A stretch of 63,623 nucleotides of DNA, filler included, from Octopus bimaculoides (taxonomy: Eukaryota), in NCBI RefSeq assembly GCF_001194135.2. It is 7 parts of 7 records of this genome, joined end to end, with 100 filler letters (N's around TTAATTAATTAA, not from the genome) between each part and the next. Parts side by side here need not be neighbours in the genome. Positions count along the whole stretch, not along the records: positions 9,568 to 23,821 come from NC_068996.1; positions 23,922 to 34,398 come from NW_026371258.1; 5 more parts are not named here. One strand, written 5' to 3'. Below the pieces are notes generated by a model. It saw only the letters and a list, made by a program, of their open reading frames with translations, was not told the DNA's origin and ran no database searches. The translations under genes and the position numbers were made by a program. Positions 11,894 through 24,335 of this stretch are shown in pieces; within the stretch, counting starts at the first letter, position 1; the number at the start of each line of letters is the position of its first letter.

Positions 11894-12422
11894 TGCCCAT
11901 CGTTGGTCAGATCAACTGGAACCCTTGTCGTCGTAACCGACGGAGTGCCACGATATATATATATATTATTTATTTATGCGCCCTTTTAAAGCCTAGCCAG
12001 GCTCNNNNNNNNNNNNNNNNNNNNNNNNNNNNNNNNNNNNNNNNNNNNNNNNNNNNNNNNNNNNNNNNNNNNNNNNNNNNNNNNNNNNNNNNNNNNNNNN
12101 NNNNNNNNNNNNNNNNNNNNNNNNNNNNNNNNNNNNNNNNNNNNNNNNNNNNNNNNNNNNNNNNNNNNNNNNNNNNNNNNNNNNNNNNNNNNNNNNNNNN
12201 NNNNNNNNNNNNNNNNNNNNNNNNNNNNNNNNNNNNNNNNNNNNNNNNNNNNNNNNNNNNNNNNNNNNNNNNNNNNNNNNNNNNNNNNNNNNNNNNNNNN
12301 NNNNNNNNNNNNNNNNNNNNNNNNNNNNNNNNNNNNNNNNNNNNNNNNNNNNNNNNNNNNNNNNNNNNNNNNNNNNNNNNNNNNNNNNNNNNNNNNNNNN
12401 NNNNNNNNNNNNNNNNNNNNNN

Positions 12423-12464
<42 letters not shown>

Positions 12465-13457
12465 CCTATATATATTCGCTTTGTGAACATCTGCGATTAC
12501 AGAGGAAGAAAACTACTCTATACATAGAATTGAATGTGTATATTTTGCGTGAATCTGATTAGTTTTGAATCAAACGATTGATGCCAGGAAACAGCCTGAC
12601 AAGATGTGAGTAAACATCAAAAACGTCAACCAACATTCACAAACACATTGAAAAATGTTAGTCAACATTGATCGAGAATTGATAGTGATACGTTGCTCCT
12701 ACATTCATTGAAAACAAAAACAAAAAAAGTTAGTCAATGTCACGAATTCAATTATTCAATTGTCATGTGTAGAACATGCGATATTTTCAAACATTCATGT
12801 GTAAAAGCGGGTATAGTATTGATATCTTCTTTATTGTGTATCAAGAACCAAAAAAAAAAAAGGAAGAAAAACTAAAAAAATTAAACAAAAAAGTGTTTAT
12901 TGCTAATGCTGTTTTAGTGTTAATGAATGAATTAATTTTTAATCGTTTGATTGTCTTTCAGAGTATGGTATATCTAGTACAGTGGATATACACTATTTTC
13001 GGCTCATGGTAGTTGGACATTTCTCAATAGATAGCAATGCATGCGTTTGCAAAAATTCGCCAATTCCAATTTCTCCAAGATGAACAAAGACATTCTAGAA
13101 GTAATAATCCCATCTGGCATTGTCCAATGCGTTGTCCTTTTCTTTCTTCAAGAGAGTCTGATTCGATTGATATCTCACTTGTATTTTAAGTAGGTTGAGC
13201 GATCACATTGAGGCTTAGTTATTGGCTTGTCTCACCCCCACCCCCAAAGACACAACAGAAACATGTATCAAAATAGACTAACGGTTGTTTGTGACAAAAT
13301 ACTATAAGTAGAAGTAATTTATTAACCTTGCCTTTTTTTATGTTGGCGTCAAGAAAACTTATTTCCAGTTAAGAAAACTAAGAAGATCGATTCGACAGGT
13401 TTCGTCGTCTACATTTTATGTAAGAAACATTTTATCAGCAGTTAGCAAGAAATAAAC

Positions 13458-13501
13458 GATTCCTGACGAAGTTTTGACGAAAACTGAAACTAGAGTCAAT
13501 C
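13458..13501 (+). ncRNA. Near-canonical minimal type-I hammerhead ribozyme
   Basis: GATT(C)-CTGACGA-AGTTTT gacg AAAACT-GAAA-C taga G-TC-AATC. All core nucleotides are present, stem II is a perfect 6 bp, and the triplet is GUC. Confidence 0.7.
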
Positions 13502-13512
13502 TATTTACCTAC

Positions 13513-13545
13513 CTGCCGAGGGCCTTGTGCTTGAAACACGGTATC
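13513..13545 (+). ncRNA. Degenerate second hammerhead motif in tandem
   Basis: CTGCCGA-GGGC cttgt GCTT-GAAAC acg GTA. A6 is replaced by C and stem I is lost. Confidence 0.35.
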
Positions 13546-13659
13546 TATTTTCGCAACGTTACTAAATACATGTTTGTTAAGCATACATTAGTGACTACTT
13601 ACAAACTTAATCAGAAACTTGCCATATCAAAGCTTTTGTTGTGTGTATGTGTGTGTGTT

Positions 13660-13701
<42 letters not shown>

Positions 13702-14609
13702 AATGGAGAAAGGACGAAGTGCGTTAAGTGCACCATTAGAGCATTTTAGCTCTTATTTCTAGCAATGGAGGGGTTTTTTTAACACCCTAGTCACATTTAG
13801 TGACAGGTATAAGTTTCCTTTTTGATGAAACATTGCCCACCTGCTGCTTATATTAATTTTGTGTATACATATTAGCGTATCGTTGAATCACCCATTAATT
13901 TGAAAGACGAAACATATACTAATAGAGAAACAGGTGCNNNNNNNNNNNNNNNNNNNNNNNNNNNNNNNNNNNNNNNNNNNNNNNNNNNNNNNNNNNNNNN
14001 NNNNNNNNNNNNNNNNNNNNNNNNNNNNNNNNNNNNNNNNNNNNNNNNNNNNNNNNNNNNNNNNNNNNNNNNNNNNNNNNNNNNNNNNNNNNNNNNNNNN
14101 NNNNNNNNNNNNNNNNNNNNNNNNNNNNNNNNNNNNNNNNNNNNNNNNNNNNNNNNNNNNNNNNNNNNNNNNNNNNNNNNNNNNNNNNNNNNNNNNNNNN
14201 NNNNNNNNNNNNNNNNNNNNNNNNNNNNNNNNNNNNNNNNNNNNNNNNNNNNNNNNNNNNNNNNNNNNNNNNNNNNNNNNNNNNNNNNNNNNNNNNNNNN
14301 NNNNNNNNNNNNNNNNNNNNNNNNNNNNNNNNNNNNNNNNNNNNNNNNNNNNNNNNNNNNNNNNNNNNNNNNNNNNNNNNNNNNNNNNNNNNNNNNNNNN
14401 NNNNNNNNNNNNNNNNNNNNNNNNNNNNNNNNNNNNNNNNNNNNNNNNNNNNNNNNNNNNNNNNNNNNNNNNNNNNNNNNNNNNNNNNNNNNNNNNNNNN
14501 NNNNNNNNNNNNNNNNNNNNNNNNNNNNNNNNNNNNNNNNNNNNNNNNNNNNNNNNNNNNNNNNNNTATATATATATATATGTATAGGACTGTCAGGTGA
14601 ATTAGGTTT

Positions 14610-15515
14610 TCCCCCTATTTGTGTTAGTTGTAATTTTTCATCAATAAGCATATGCAGTGTTCATCGTGATGGAGTAATTTTTCGGAAATGTCAGAGATGG
14701 TTTTCAAAACGTAAGGTTATCTTGACCTTTCTGAATGGCATCAATGAAGGCCTATTGTTTTGGATGATGACACCTTGAAAGCTGCAGTTGAAGAGGATCC
14801 ACATCAATGTATCAAAGAATTGTACTAAGAGATTTAATACATCTCGGTCCACCTTACAGGAACACCTTGATCAAATTGTTACCTGAGATGAGAAATGGAT
14901 TATTTTCGTAACCAATAAACAAGCAACAGTAGCTCTCAAAGAATAAAATTCCAGTTCTAACATCCAAACCATCATTACACCAAAACAAAATAATGATTTG
15001 TATTTGGTGGAATAATAAAGGTGTAGTCCACTATGAACTATTGGAACTAGAGAAAACTTATTTAAGAATAATTTGACTACCTGAATGAAGCTTTGCGTAG
15101 AAAACATTCTGCTCTGCTGCGCATAAAAGGAGTCATTTTACAACAGATAATGCAAGACCACATTCCGTGAAACAATGCCAAGATAAAGTCTTTGGACTGG
15201 CAAGTTTTATCCTACCCTCCGTTCTCACCAGACATGGCGCAATCAGATTTTCGTTTACTCAGATCACTTGAGCATTTTATCACTGGGAAAAGATCCACAG
15301 GTAACCAATAGGCTGACGCAGCACTTACTTCCTTTTTACTCCAAAAGACAGATTTTATTTGACAGGGGAATAACAAAACTCATCTCAAGATGGACAAAAG
15401 GTATTTCCGATGATGGGGACAGCGTTGCTGATGAATAAATTTGCTACTATTGTTTTATTCATTATTCACAATACTTACCCTTAAAAAAGCGACATCACTT
15501 TCTGGTACCCTTAAT
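14610..15515 (+). mobile_element. Decayed mariner transposon with right TIR
   Basis: Fragments CQRWFSKR, IVT*DEKWI, MICIWWNNKGVVHYELL, DNARPHS, YPPFSPDMA.SDF.LLRSL. The end gcgacatcactttctggtacccttaa is followed by TA. Confidence 0.85.
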
Positions 15516-16597
15516 ATATATATATATAAAACAAACAGAAACACACACACACACATGCACACATGTATGTATCTTAATGAATAACACAATATTAACAAAT
15601 TATATATATATATATNNNNNNNNNNNNNNNNNNNNNNNNNNNNNNNNNNNNNNNNNNNNNNNNNNNNNNNNNNNNNNNNNNNNNNNNNNNNNNNNNNNNN
15701 NNNNNNNNNNNNNNNNNNATGTTAATGGATAAATATATAATCTATCTATCTATCTATTTAGATATATTACACACGCACTTCCATAAATGCCACCTCCACC
15801 CACAAATTAAAAGCTCAAAAGAAAACAACTACCGCTCCAGATTTTGTCTCTTCAGAGACTATTCAATTATTGAGGATGAAAAAAAACCCCTGCTAATATT
15901 AATGTTAACCTCGTCTCTGGCGGCGAGCTGGCAGAATCGTTAGCACGCCGGGCAAAATGCCTAGCAGCATTTCTTCCATCTTTACCTTCTGGGTTCAAAT
16001 TCTGCTGAAGTCAACTTTGTCTTTCATTCATTTGGGGTTGATAAAATAAGTACCAGTTGAACATTGGGTCGATATAATCGACTTAAGCTCTCCTTCTAAA
16101 TTGCTGGTCTCGTACCAAAATTTGAAACCAATATTATCCTCGTGGGGCACGTTCCAACTTTGGTTGTTATATATTTTTTGGATAATTTTTATCATTATTA
16201 TTGACTTTTATTTTTACTATTTTTGTACACACATGTATGTCAATTTCCGCATGTATCCTTTATTTCAAGCATGGAGACAATTTCTTCTTTGTCACTTTTC
16301 TAGAAACTTAATTTAATCACCAAATTAGTACTTGAGATTTTTCATAGAAAAATTTAATTTGGAATTATTTGTATTATTATATGATGAAAATCCGTAAATA
16401 AGGAGAGCTTTGAAAACGTTGCGAGCCTTAAGGCGGAGGATGTAAGATTGGCCAGCATCTTTAGAATGAAGTTAAAATTAGTGAATATAAGTTTTATGTC
16501 CTTTTAGTACTTTTTAGTCACCACATTAGTGCCGTTATTTTTGTTTTTAATTTAAATTTAAAAGTAGCCTGATGATTTACGGCTTCTATCTTCTATC

Positions 16598-16958
16598 TTT
16601 TACTTGTTTCAGTCATTAGACTGCAGCCATGCTGGGACATCGCCTTGAAGAATTTTAACGCGAATGTACTTATTTTTAAAGCTTTATGCTATCGGTCTCT
16701 TTTGTTACATCTTCGTGTTGGATATATAGTTTTACGGAGACAGCCGTAAACACACCGATACCGGTTGTCAAGTTGTGACAGCGGGGAAGGGGTACAAACA
16801 CAGACACAATGACATACACGCATACATACACGACGGGTTTGCGAATGAATTTGGTTGATCCGAGGCTATAGTAGAAGACAATTGCCCAAACTGTCATGTA
16901 GCGGGGCTGAACTTAGAACTATGTTGTTGGGAGACAAGCTTTTTACTACACAGCCATG
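16598..16958 (-). mobile_element. SINE family A, degraded copy
   Basis: tttacttgtttcagtcattagactgcagccatgctggg...ccgaggctatagtagaagacaattgcccaa. Confidence 0.75.
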
Positions 16959-17169
16959 TTTATGATGAAAAATTAAGCTTCGCAACAAAATTTTAATTAC
17001 AATTATTGGATCTAACACAATTAGTTTTATCATTCTAGTTGGAGACTGAGTCATAATTTTTAAAAATGTGCATTTGAGGTTGTAAGTTTTATTAGATTGG
17101 AAAGAAAGTCCGGTCGCTTTTTTGACATGATCACATTGAGTATACTTTTTAAACAATCACTTTAAAATA

Positions 17170-18330
17170 AGTATTAATTTTAACATTTGGTGTTTCTTTT
17201 CTTTCTTTGCAGATGAGTTAATACCCTGATAGTATAAATTCGTGTCATTTTAATCTTTTTTAAAATGAGTTTAGATCAGATCCGTATCAGACATTGCATG
17301 CTGCATAAATTCATAAGGGGCCCTTCAACAATGGAAGCAGCAAGAAATATCCTTTCTGTCTATAGAAATGAAGTTTTAAAGCCAGTTTCACTCCGGAAAT
17401 TCTTCTATCGCAGATTCCCCTTGATCTGGGAGAGAGTTCTGTCAATATAGAGCTTCTGAAAACCGTAGTTGACGAAAATCCAAAGCGAACTACACGAAAA
17501 TTAGCAAAACAGTTTAATTCAAGCAACACTTTGATCTTAAAACACCTCCATCAGATTGGAAAAGTGTCCAAACTTAGTTGTTACCTTCATCATCTGACTA
17601 CTTCTCAGCTGTATCAAAGAGCTTCTCTCTTCTCGTCATTTACGAGTAAACTTGCTACCTAACCTTTCCTGGGTAGAATCTTCATAAATAATAAAAGATG
17701 GGTTCTCTATAATCATCTTGAACGGAAACTTTAATAGTTAATCCCTAATGAAAAAGGAGAGTCTATTCCCATATGAGGACTACATCCGAAACACGTTATG
17801 TTCTATGTTTGGTGCAATATGAAGGTTATCGTTTATCATGGTGTGTTAAACAAAAGCGAAACAACTATTACGGAGAAATGTTGTTGTCAGTTAGTGGGGT
17901 TGCACAACAATTTTCAGAAAAATAGCACACATCATTGGTCAGTCGTAAAGAGATGTTGTTCTTATACGATAATGCCACCCCATGTATTGTCCAAGTCACA
18001 CAAGAAAAGATTATGGCTCTAAATATGGAAGTTTTGTCTTATCCTCTTTGCTCTCCTGATCTTGTTCCATCTCACTATCATCCTTTCAGATCATTGGAAC
18101 TATATTTAGAAAAGAAACAGTTTATTAATTGTAAAGGAGTTAAAAATAATATCAATGATATTGAAGTGTTTCTTTCATTCGGAATCTGAATTCGACGCCA
18201 AGGGATCAACATTTGCCAAATAGATGTAACTGCGTTATCAATAAAGCGAGGACGTTTTATGTTGCTTACATATATCAAGACCAAAGATGGATTTGTTGAT
18301 TTCCCACCTTCAAACGCGGCAGAGCTTTCT
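17170..18330 (+). mobile_element. Second decayed mariner transposon
   Basis: MSLDQIRIRHCMLHKF, VDENPKRTTRKLAKQF, MFYVWCNMKVIVYHGVL, FLYDNATPC...YPLCSPDLVPSHYHPFRSLE (ORF 17935-18189). Confidence 0.85.
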
Positions 18331-18539
18331 TTCCAACCTAATATCAACTCTTCCAAGCTAGTATCAACTCTTCAGTTTTTCTTATGACATATCTAACCAC
18401 TTTTCTTTTAAAATTTAAGTTAGAATTTTAATATTTTATAGTTTTTAATTTTTATTGTAGTTACATAATGTACGAGAATCAATTGCATCCTTAAATGGGG
18501 CTAAAAAAACTTACGTTATTAATATCGTTATGAACATAT

Positions 18540-19620
18540 ATCTTTCGATTGAATCTTTAAAGGCATCCCCGATTTCTTGGTTATTTAAAAATGGTAAAAA
18601 CTTTGATTATTTAAAAAAATTTTAAGCAAATTTTGAGCACCAACTTAATTTATTCATTTTCTAAAAAATTGCACCAAATTATATGAAGCCAGTGTTTTGT
18701 CACAAGATAGCAAAAAATTGTTTTAAAAATTGCTGTAGTCATGCAATTACTGAGAAGGTCATAAAGCCTGTATTAGAAGCTGATATTTCAAATGTGATGA
18801 GGGAAGATCCTTCAGGTATCTTAAAAAGTTTGCCATTCAACCAATTTTTTTTTTTGCGATGAGATTTAATGAAATGGTGGTGAATATTGAAGAACAGCTA
18901 GTTGAAAGATCGAATAAAAAATTTCAATTTTTCAATTTAAGTTGAAAATCCATAGTTGTTGATAGCAAGGTTCTTCTTTCTGTGTACATGCATTATTTTA
19001 ATGTCGACTGTGAACTTGGGAAAAAAAGATATATTATTAGCAATAACCAAGAAACTAACATTAGTGAGGAATACATTTATATTGCTTTAAAACTCTGACT
19101 CGATAAAAATAAAATTCTATTAGAAAATTTGATATCAGTTGTATGTGATGATGCTACCTCAGTGGTCGGAGCGCATAAATATCTCATAATACATTTGAAA
19201 TTCTACATTATTTGTTTAGTATAGTTATTAAAACTATCAAAAGGAGAAGATCACACAGCAAATATGATCACCTGTTCAGGAAGTTTTATTCTGGTAATAA
19301 TGAAACAGCATGTAAGATTTCTTTTGCAGATGATTCGCTTAAGGAAATTGCTTAGCAAGATTTATGAGCATTTTCGAAACCATATTTAACTTACTAGAAA
19401 ATGAAAGGGACAGAGATATTTCTGAAGAAATAAGAAAAAAGTATAAAAATAACATATCTGACTTGAACAGCTTAATGAGCTATTATTATTTCAACTTCAA
19501 TGAAAATTTATTACATTGATTGATTATAAAAGAGTATTGAGCATTTACTGAAAAATTACGAAAATTTCAAGTAAAATTTCTGAAACAAAAATGTATAAAT
19601 GAACTTGCAAAAATGTTTTC
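18540..19620 (+). mobile_element. hAT (Buster/Charlie-like) transposase relic
   Basis: Hand-read fragments AITEKVIKPVLE...LKSLPF...MVVNIEEQLVE...DSKVLLSVYMHY and CDDATSVVG resemble Buster/FAM200-type transposase. Heavily frameshifted. Confidence 0.6.
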
Positions 19621-20129
19621 TTCACATATCACTATTTACTCCTCCTCACACTTCCTCGTTCATTCTATTACAATTAAAAGCGAATTATTATTCTGTATCA
19701 TTTATAATTGTTTTTATTCTTATCTTAGCATCTGAAAAGGTAGAAAATTGTTGCATTTAGATAGAACTACTACGAGACTCTACATATAAGTATAGGTAAA
19801 ATATGAGAAAGATAATATTGAAACAAACGATTTAGAAATATAAGCGCTTGGACGATTATTCAAAGAGAATATATTACTATGAAATAATGTATGATTTTCA
19901 TTTAAGCACGACACATTTCTCTATGTTAGGTTCCAATGCGTATACATTCACAGGTACTCCCCCCCCCCACACACACATGTGTATATGTGTATATATTTGT
20001 AAGTATATATATATACACACACATACACACACAAGATAGATACAGAGAACCAGTGGCTACGGATGAGGATGGAGGTTGTTGCTTTATACACCTTCGTCCC
20101 AGCAACCCCAGCTATCAACTTATTAGTTG

Positions 20130-20700
20130 AACACATTACATATTGCTTACTCTCATAAACTTAACTGTGCTTTGGGCTCACAGTTTCAGATATCCATGAA
20201 CTATCAACTATTATAAGAGACAAAAGATTCTCCCAGTTCGAGAGATCCATATACAAACGAATTTCTCAGCTGCCGATGGGGTTAAGCTTGCCAGGCTGAC
20301 TGGGCGTCACGTATATAGACTGGTTAGAACAGAGAGCACTCAACGATTATCACTCTTATGGCTTTTTGCCTGACATGTCGATAATATGTTCACACTAACA
20401 TTATCTCACGAGGTGGCTGTTAAAACTTACACTACATTCAACTATATCGATGGACATATAAATTTGAAGTGGAGCATCCTAATAGCATCAGTTCCTTATC
20501 TCTCTGATTGATTTCAAACTCAAACCACAGACAGTGGATCCATCTCTACTAACTTTTATTTTTTAAAAAAATGGTATGCAGGGCCTATTTACATATTATA
20601 ATTCATCCCTGTCTATCAAAGATAAGATGGCCGTCATTAGAAATGAGATCCACAGGATATGCAGTAAATTTAGTTAGCCAAAAAACCAGAGGAGAGCCAA
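20130..20700 (+). mobile_element. Penelope-like RT relic
   Basis: Fragments IYKRI, VYIDWLEQRALN, HVDNMF (YVDD-equivalent), FEVEHP, ISNSN and YYNSSLSIKDKMAVIRNEIHRICS (PLE post-RT domain). Confidence 0.65.
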
Positions 20701-20714
20701 TCTGCGAAGCCGAC

Positions 20715-20950
20715 AGGAGATTACGGTGGAAAGAATAGTGAGACTTGCAGTTATGTTTTCTGACTACCAGATGGACGAATATTCAAGACAGCTATTCAAT
20801 ACCTATTTCTTGAAGAACAAAGAAAGAAAGAGTGATTCATGAAAACTTGGTATGTCACTTTCAAAGAAGAGCTGAAGTAACATAACATCACTTGGGAAGA
20901 TGCAATCGACGTCTTGTTGCCCAATGTTCAATCCATCTGTAACGGTGGAA
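20715..20950 (+). mobile_element. RTE-clade LINE 3' ORF fragment
   Basis: RLA.YVF*LPDGRIFKTAIQY...MKTWYVTFKEELK*HNITWEDA matches the RTE C-terminal RLRWxGHVxRMxDxRxPK...KTW pattern. Confidence 0.5.
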
Positions 20951-21265
20951 TTAAAACTAAAACTCTGACTTTCCATGCATACCTGGTCTAAATTCTTCGT
21001 GCATAGATCGTGCAACTACTTGAAAAGGTTGCACCAAGATAAAGACACAGCAAATCTATCTGTTGATACACTTCTCATTTCTGTCAATCTCATCGGCTTA
21101 CACATTATCATAATTGTTGAGGCTATATACCACATATTTCTTTGATAGTGTGTTCATAATTTTATTGTTTCTTCTTTTTGTTGGAATTATGCTTCTTTAT
21201 GTCTAATTTCATATTTTGTCATTCCCATTTTCTTTAAAGCTTCCTCCAGTTTTCTCAATTTACGA

Positions 21266-21352
<87 letters not shown>

Positions 21353-21419
21353 ATTATTATTGTTATCGTTATTATTATTATTTTGGTTTGGCTCAGGTTC
21401 GGTCTTTTCCTGGTAGGAA

Positions 21420-21990
21420 TTATGTGGTTAGCTGGTTACTGCCTGTAACTTTAGGCATCCACAAGTTTCAGCAGTCCTTCAGGTACTTAGAACCCTCTTT
21501 ATAATCCTTGCTGTCCCTAAAAGACAATCTCCTTCAGCAATTTGTCTATATCTTTGGTTACTGTGCCTGAGGCACCAATTATTATAGGCACCACCTTTAC
21601 TGTTCGCATGTTCCAAATTCTTCCTATTTCAAATTTTAAGGGATTGTATTTTTTTGTTTTTCTTCCTCTTTCTTTACGATCCTTTTGTAATCGCGCTGTG
21701 CCTATTTCGGTCATTCGCTAACGATGTGCCATACCGTTTCACCTCTCTCACCACACATTCTGCATTTGTCACTGTCGGTAGTGTTGTATATTCTGCACTT
21801 AACATAGTTGGTCCTTAACGCTTGTTCTTAAGCTGCGCATATGAGTGCTTCTGTCTCTAACTTTAGGTTACTCCTCCTCATCCGTAGCCACTGGCCCTCT
21901 GTATCTGTCTTGGCGTTCACATCTCTTGCAAATTGACCGTACATTTCTTCCCTCCATGATTTTTCCTTTTTTGTGTTCATTTCTTGCTTA
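21420..21990 (-). mobile_element. R4/Dong-like LINE 3' fragment (CCHC + RLE) with internal deletion
   Basis: WMRRSNLKLETEALICAA*EQALRTNYVK...DKCRMCGERGETVWHIVSE, then KYNPLKFEIGRIWNMRTVKVVPIIIGASGTV. Confidence 0.9.
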
Positions 21991-22003
21991 AATTTTTCTT
22001 TCA

Positions 22004-22066
<63 letters not shown>

Positions 22067-22576
22067 GTCAGTGGTATCCTTACTGCCCGGTTGTTGAGTT
22101 GCTTTTTATATTCAACACCCTGTAGTTTGTAATTAATTGAGCCTCTACTACTTAATCATCATTGTGTAAAGTCATTGGTGGGTTTTACCAGCTAAATAAT
22201 TGAACTGACAGCTAACCCGATGGAGTCTACTTCAATGGTACTTACAACTGCTTACATATGGCGTGAGGCATCATCATTGTTGATTGACCGAAAACCAATC
22301 AAAGTAAATCGTGTTCAGTCGGTGTTGGTAAACATTTCAAAACTTCGTATTAGCTACTATCAAAATATTACAAAACTAATATATACGGAAATAATATTGC
22401 TGGGATACGCTGGTTAAATGTGAATTGTAGCTGTCGGCTTATATTACAAGACTGGATGTCGCGTGAGGAGTGGGGGTATATCCTGACATTTTAGTGATAT
22501 AACGCAGAGCGATTACGAATGATTTTGTTTCCAACAAACATGCTCGTTTTATATATACACAAAATATGGTATACAT

Positions 22577-22644
<68 letters not shown>

Positions 22645-23054
22645 NNNNNNNNNNNNNNNNNNNNNNNNNNNNNNNNNNNNNNNNNNNNNNNNNNNNNNNN
22701 NNNNNNNNNNNNNNNNNNNNNNNNNNNNNNNNNNNNNNNNNNNNNNNNNNNNNNNNNNNNNNNNNNNNNNNNNNNNNNNNNNNNNNNNNNNNNNNNNNNN
22801 NNNNNNNNNNNNNNNNNNNNNNNNNNNNNNNNNNNNNNNNNNNNNNNNNNNNNNNNNNNNNNNNNNNNNNNNNNNNNNNNNNNNNNNNNNNNNNNNNNNN
22901 NNNNNNNNNNNNNNNNNNNNNNNNNNNNNNNNNNNNNNNNNNNNNNNNNNNNNNNNNNNNNNNNNNNNNNNNNNNNNNNNNNNNNNNNNNNNNNNNNNNN
23001 NNNNNNNNNNNNNNNNNNNNNNNNNATATATATATATATATATAAACTAATACT

Positions 23055-23780
23055 ATGGAGAGCATCCAGCAAATAGCTAACTCCATCCACCAGAGTATTA
23101 AGGTCACGATAGACTACCCTACCAAACACCCTAACCATAGACTACCAATACTAGATACAGAACTCTGGTTTGAAACTGTAAATAATAAAACCCATATCCT
23201 CCATTCACACTATGCCAAAACTATGGCCTCTAAATACCTGATCAACCGGAACTCAGCTGTCGCGGACAATGCCAAATTCAATATATTTATGGCAGACCTC
23301 ATCAGAGTAATGAGAAATGTGTCCCGCATATGCGATCCTACAGAGTTAAAGAGATATATACACTTCGTTCACCGCATGCCGATCTCAAGATACAACCATA
23401 GAGAAAGGATCAGAGTATACAAAGGGGCCATGAGGAAATTTGAAACTATCATACGTAACGATAGGAATGGGATTTGCCTACTCTATAGGAGCAAGTCATG
23501 AAATACCATTGAAAGGAATAAGAAGAAAATAGGGAAGGTCAACTCCTGGTATGATAGGCACAAATACCATAGTGTCATGTTCATCGACACCATTCCTAGA
23601 GGCGAACTGGCATACCGCTTTAGAAGGGCCCTAGACAAGCTTAAGCTAAGAATCAAAGGTGTAGGGATATAAGCATGCGCAAATAAAGACACATACAAGA
23701 GGAATACAAAATGGCAGATCATTAGAAAGGAGAGACGCAAAAAAGAAACAAGAAAGCAAAGGACCACTGATGAAGTTACA
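23055..23780 (+). mobile_element. Penelope-like element RT thumb/linker fragment
   Basis: IKVTIDYPTKHPNHRLPILDTELW...HSHYAKTMASK...DLIRVMRNVS, then NSWYDRHKYHSVMFIDTIPRGEL. Confidence 0.8.
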
Positions 23781-23783
23781 GAA

Positions 23784-23821
<38 letters not shown>

Positions 23822-24335
23822 NNNNNNNNNNNNNNNNNNNNNNNNNNNNNNNNNNNNNNNNNNNNTTAATTAATTAANNNNNNNNNNNNNNNNNNNNNNN
23901 NNNNNNNNNNNNNNNNNNNNNTATGTGTATATATATATGTATGTGTATATATATATGTATGTATATATATAGATATGTATGTAGGTATGTATATATATAC
24001 ATAAATATATATATATACTCACACAGATACATGTATATATTCATACAAATGTGTATATTTGTATATATATACATATGTATATATCAATATTAGGCTCATA
24101 CCTGAGGGTTTGAACCCTTGACATCTATCACTTCCAATGCCTACTTAATATTCCGACCAATAAAACACCGCCACCAACGACAACAACAACAACAGCAAAA
24201 TCTGCGTCTTCTGCTCAGCAGGCAGCCTCGAGAGGAATTGATTGTTGGACAAATGACCGGAATGAACAAAAGTATCCAAAGACCTAGTTTGCATTCACGT
24301 AGCACTGCTAGTACTACAGCTAATAATAATAATAA

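Noticed and set aside
12560-12955. 12-bp inverted repeat aatcaaacgatt/aatcgtttgatt as transposon ends
   Set aside because: Too short and AT-rich, with no TSD or transposase similarity seen.
16380-16430. atgatga...gaaaacgttg motif
   Set aside because: The core lacks C3 and the helices do not close.
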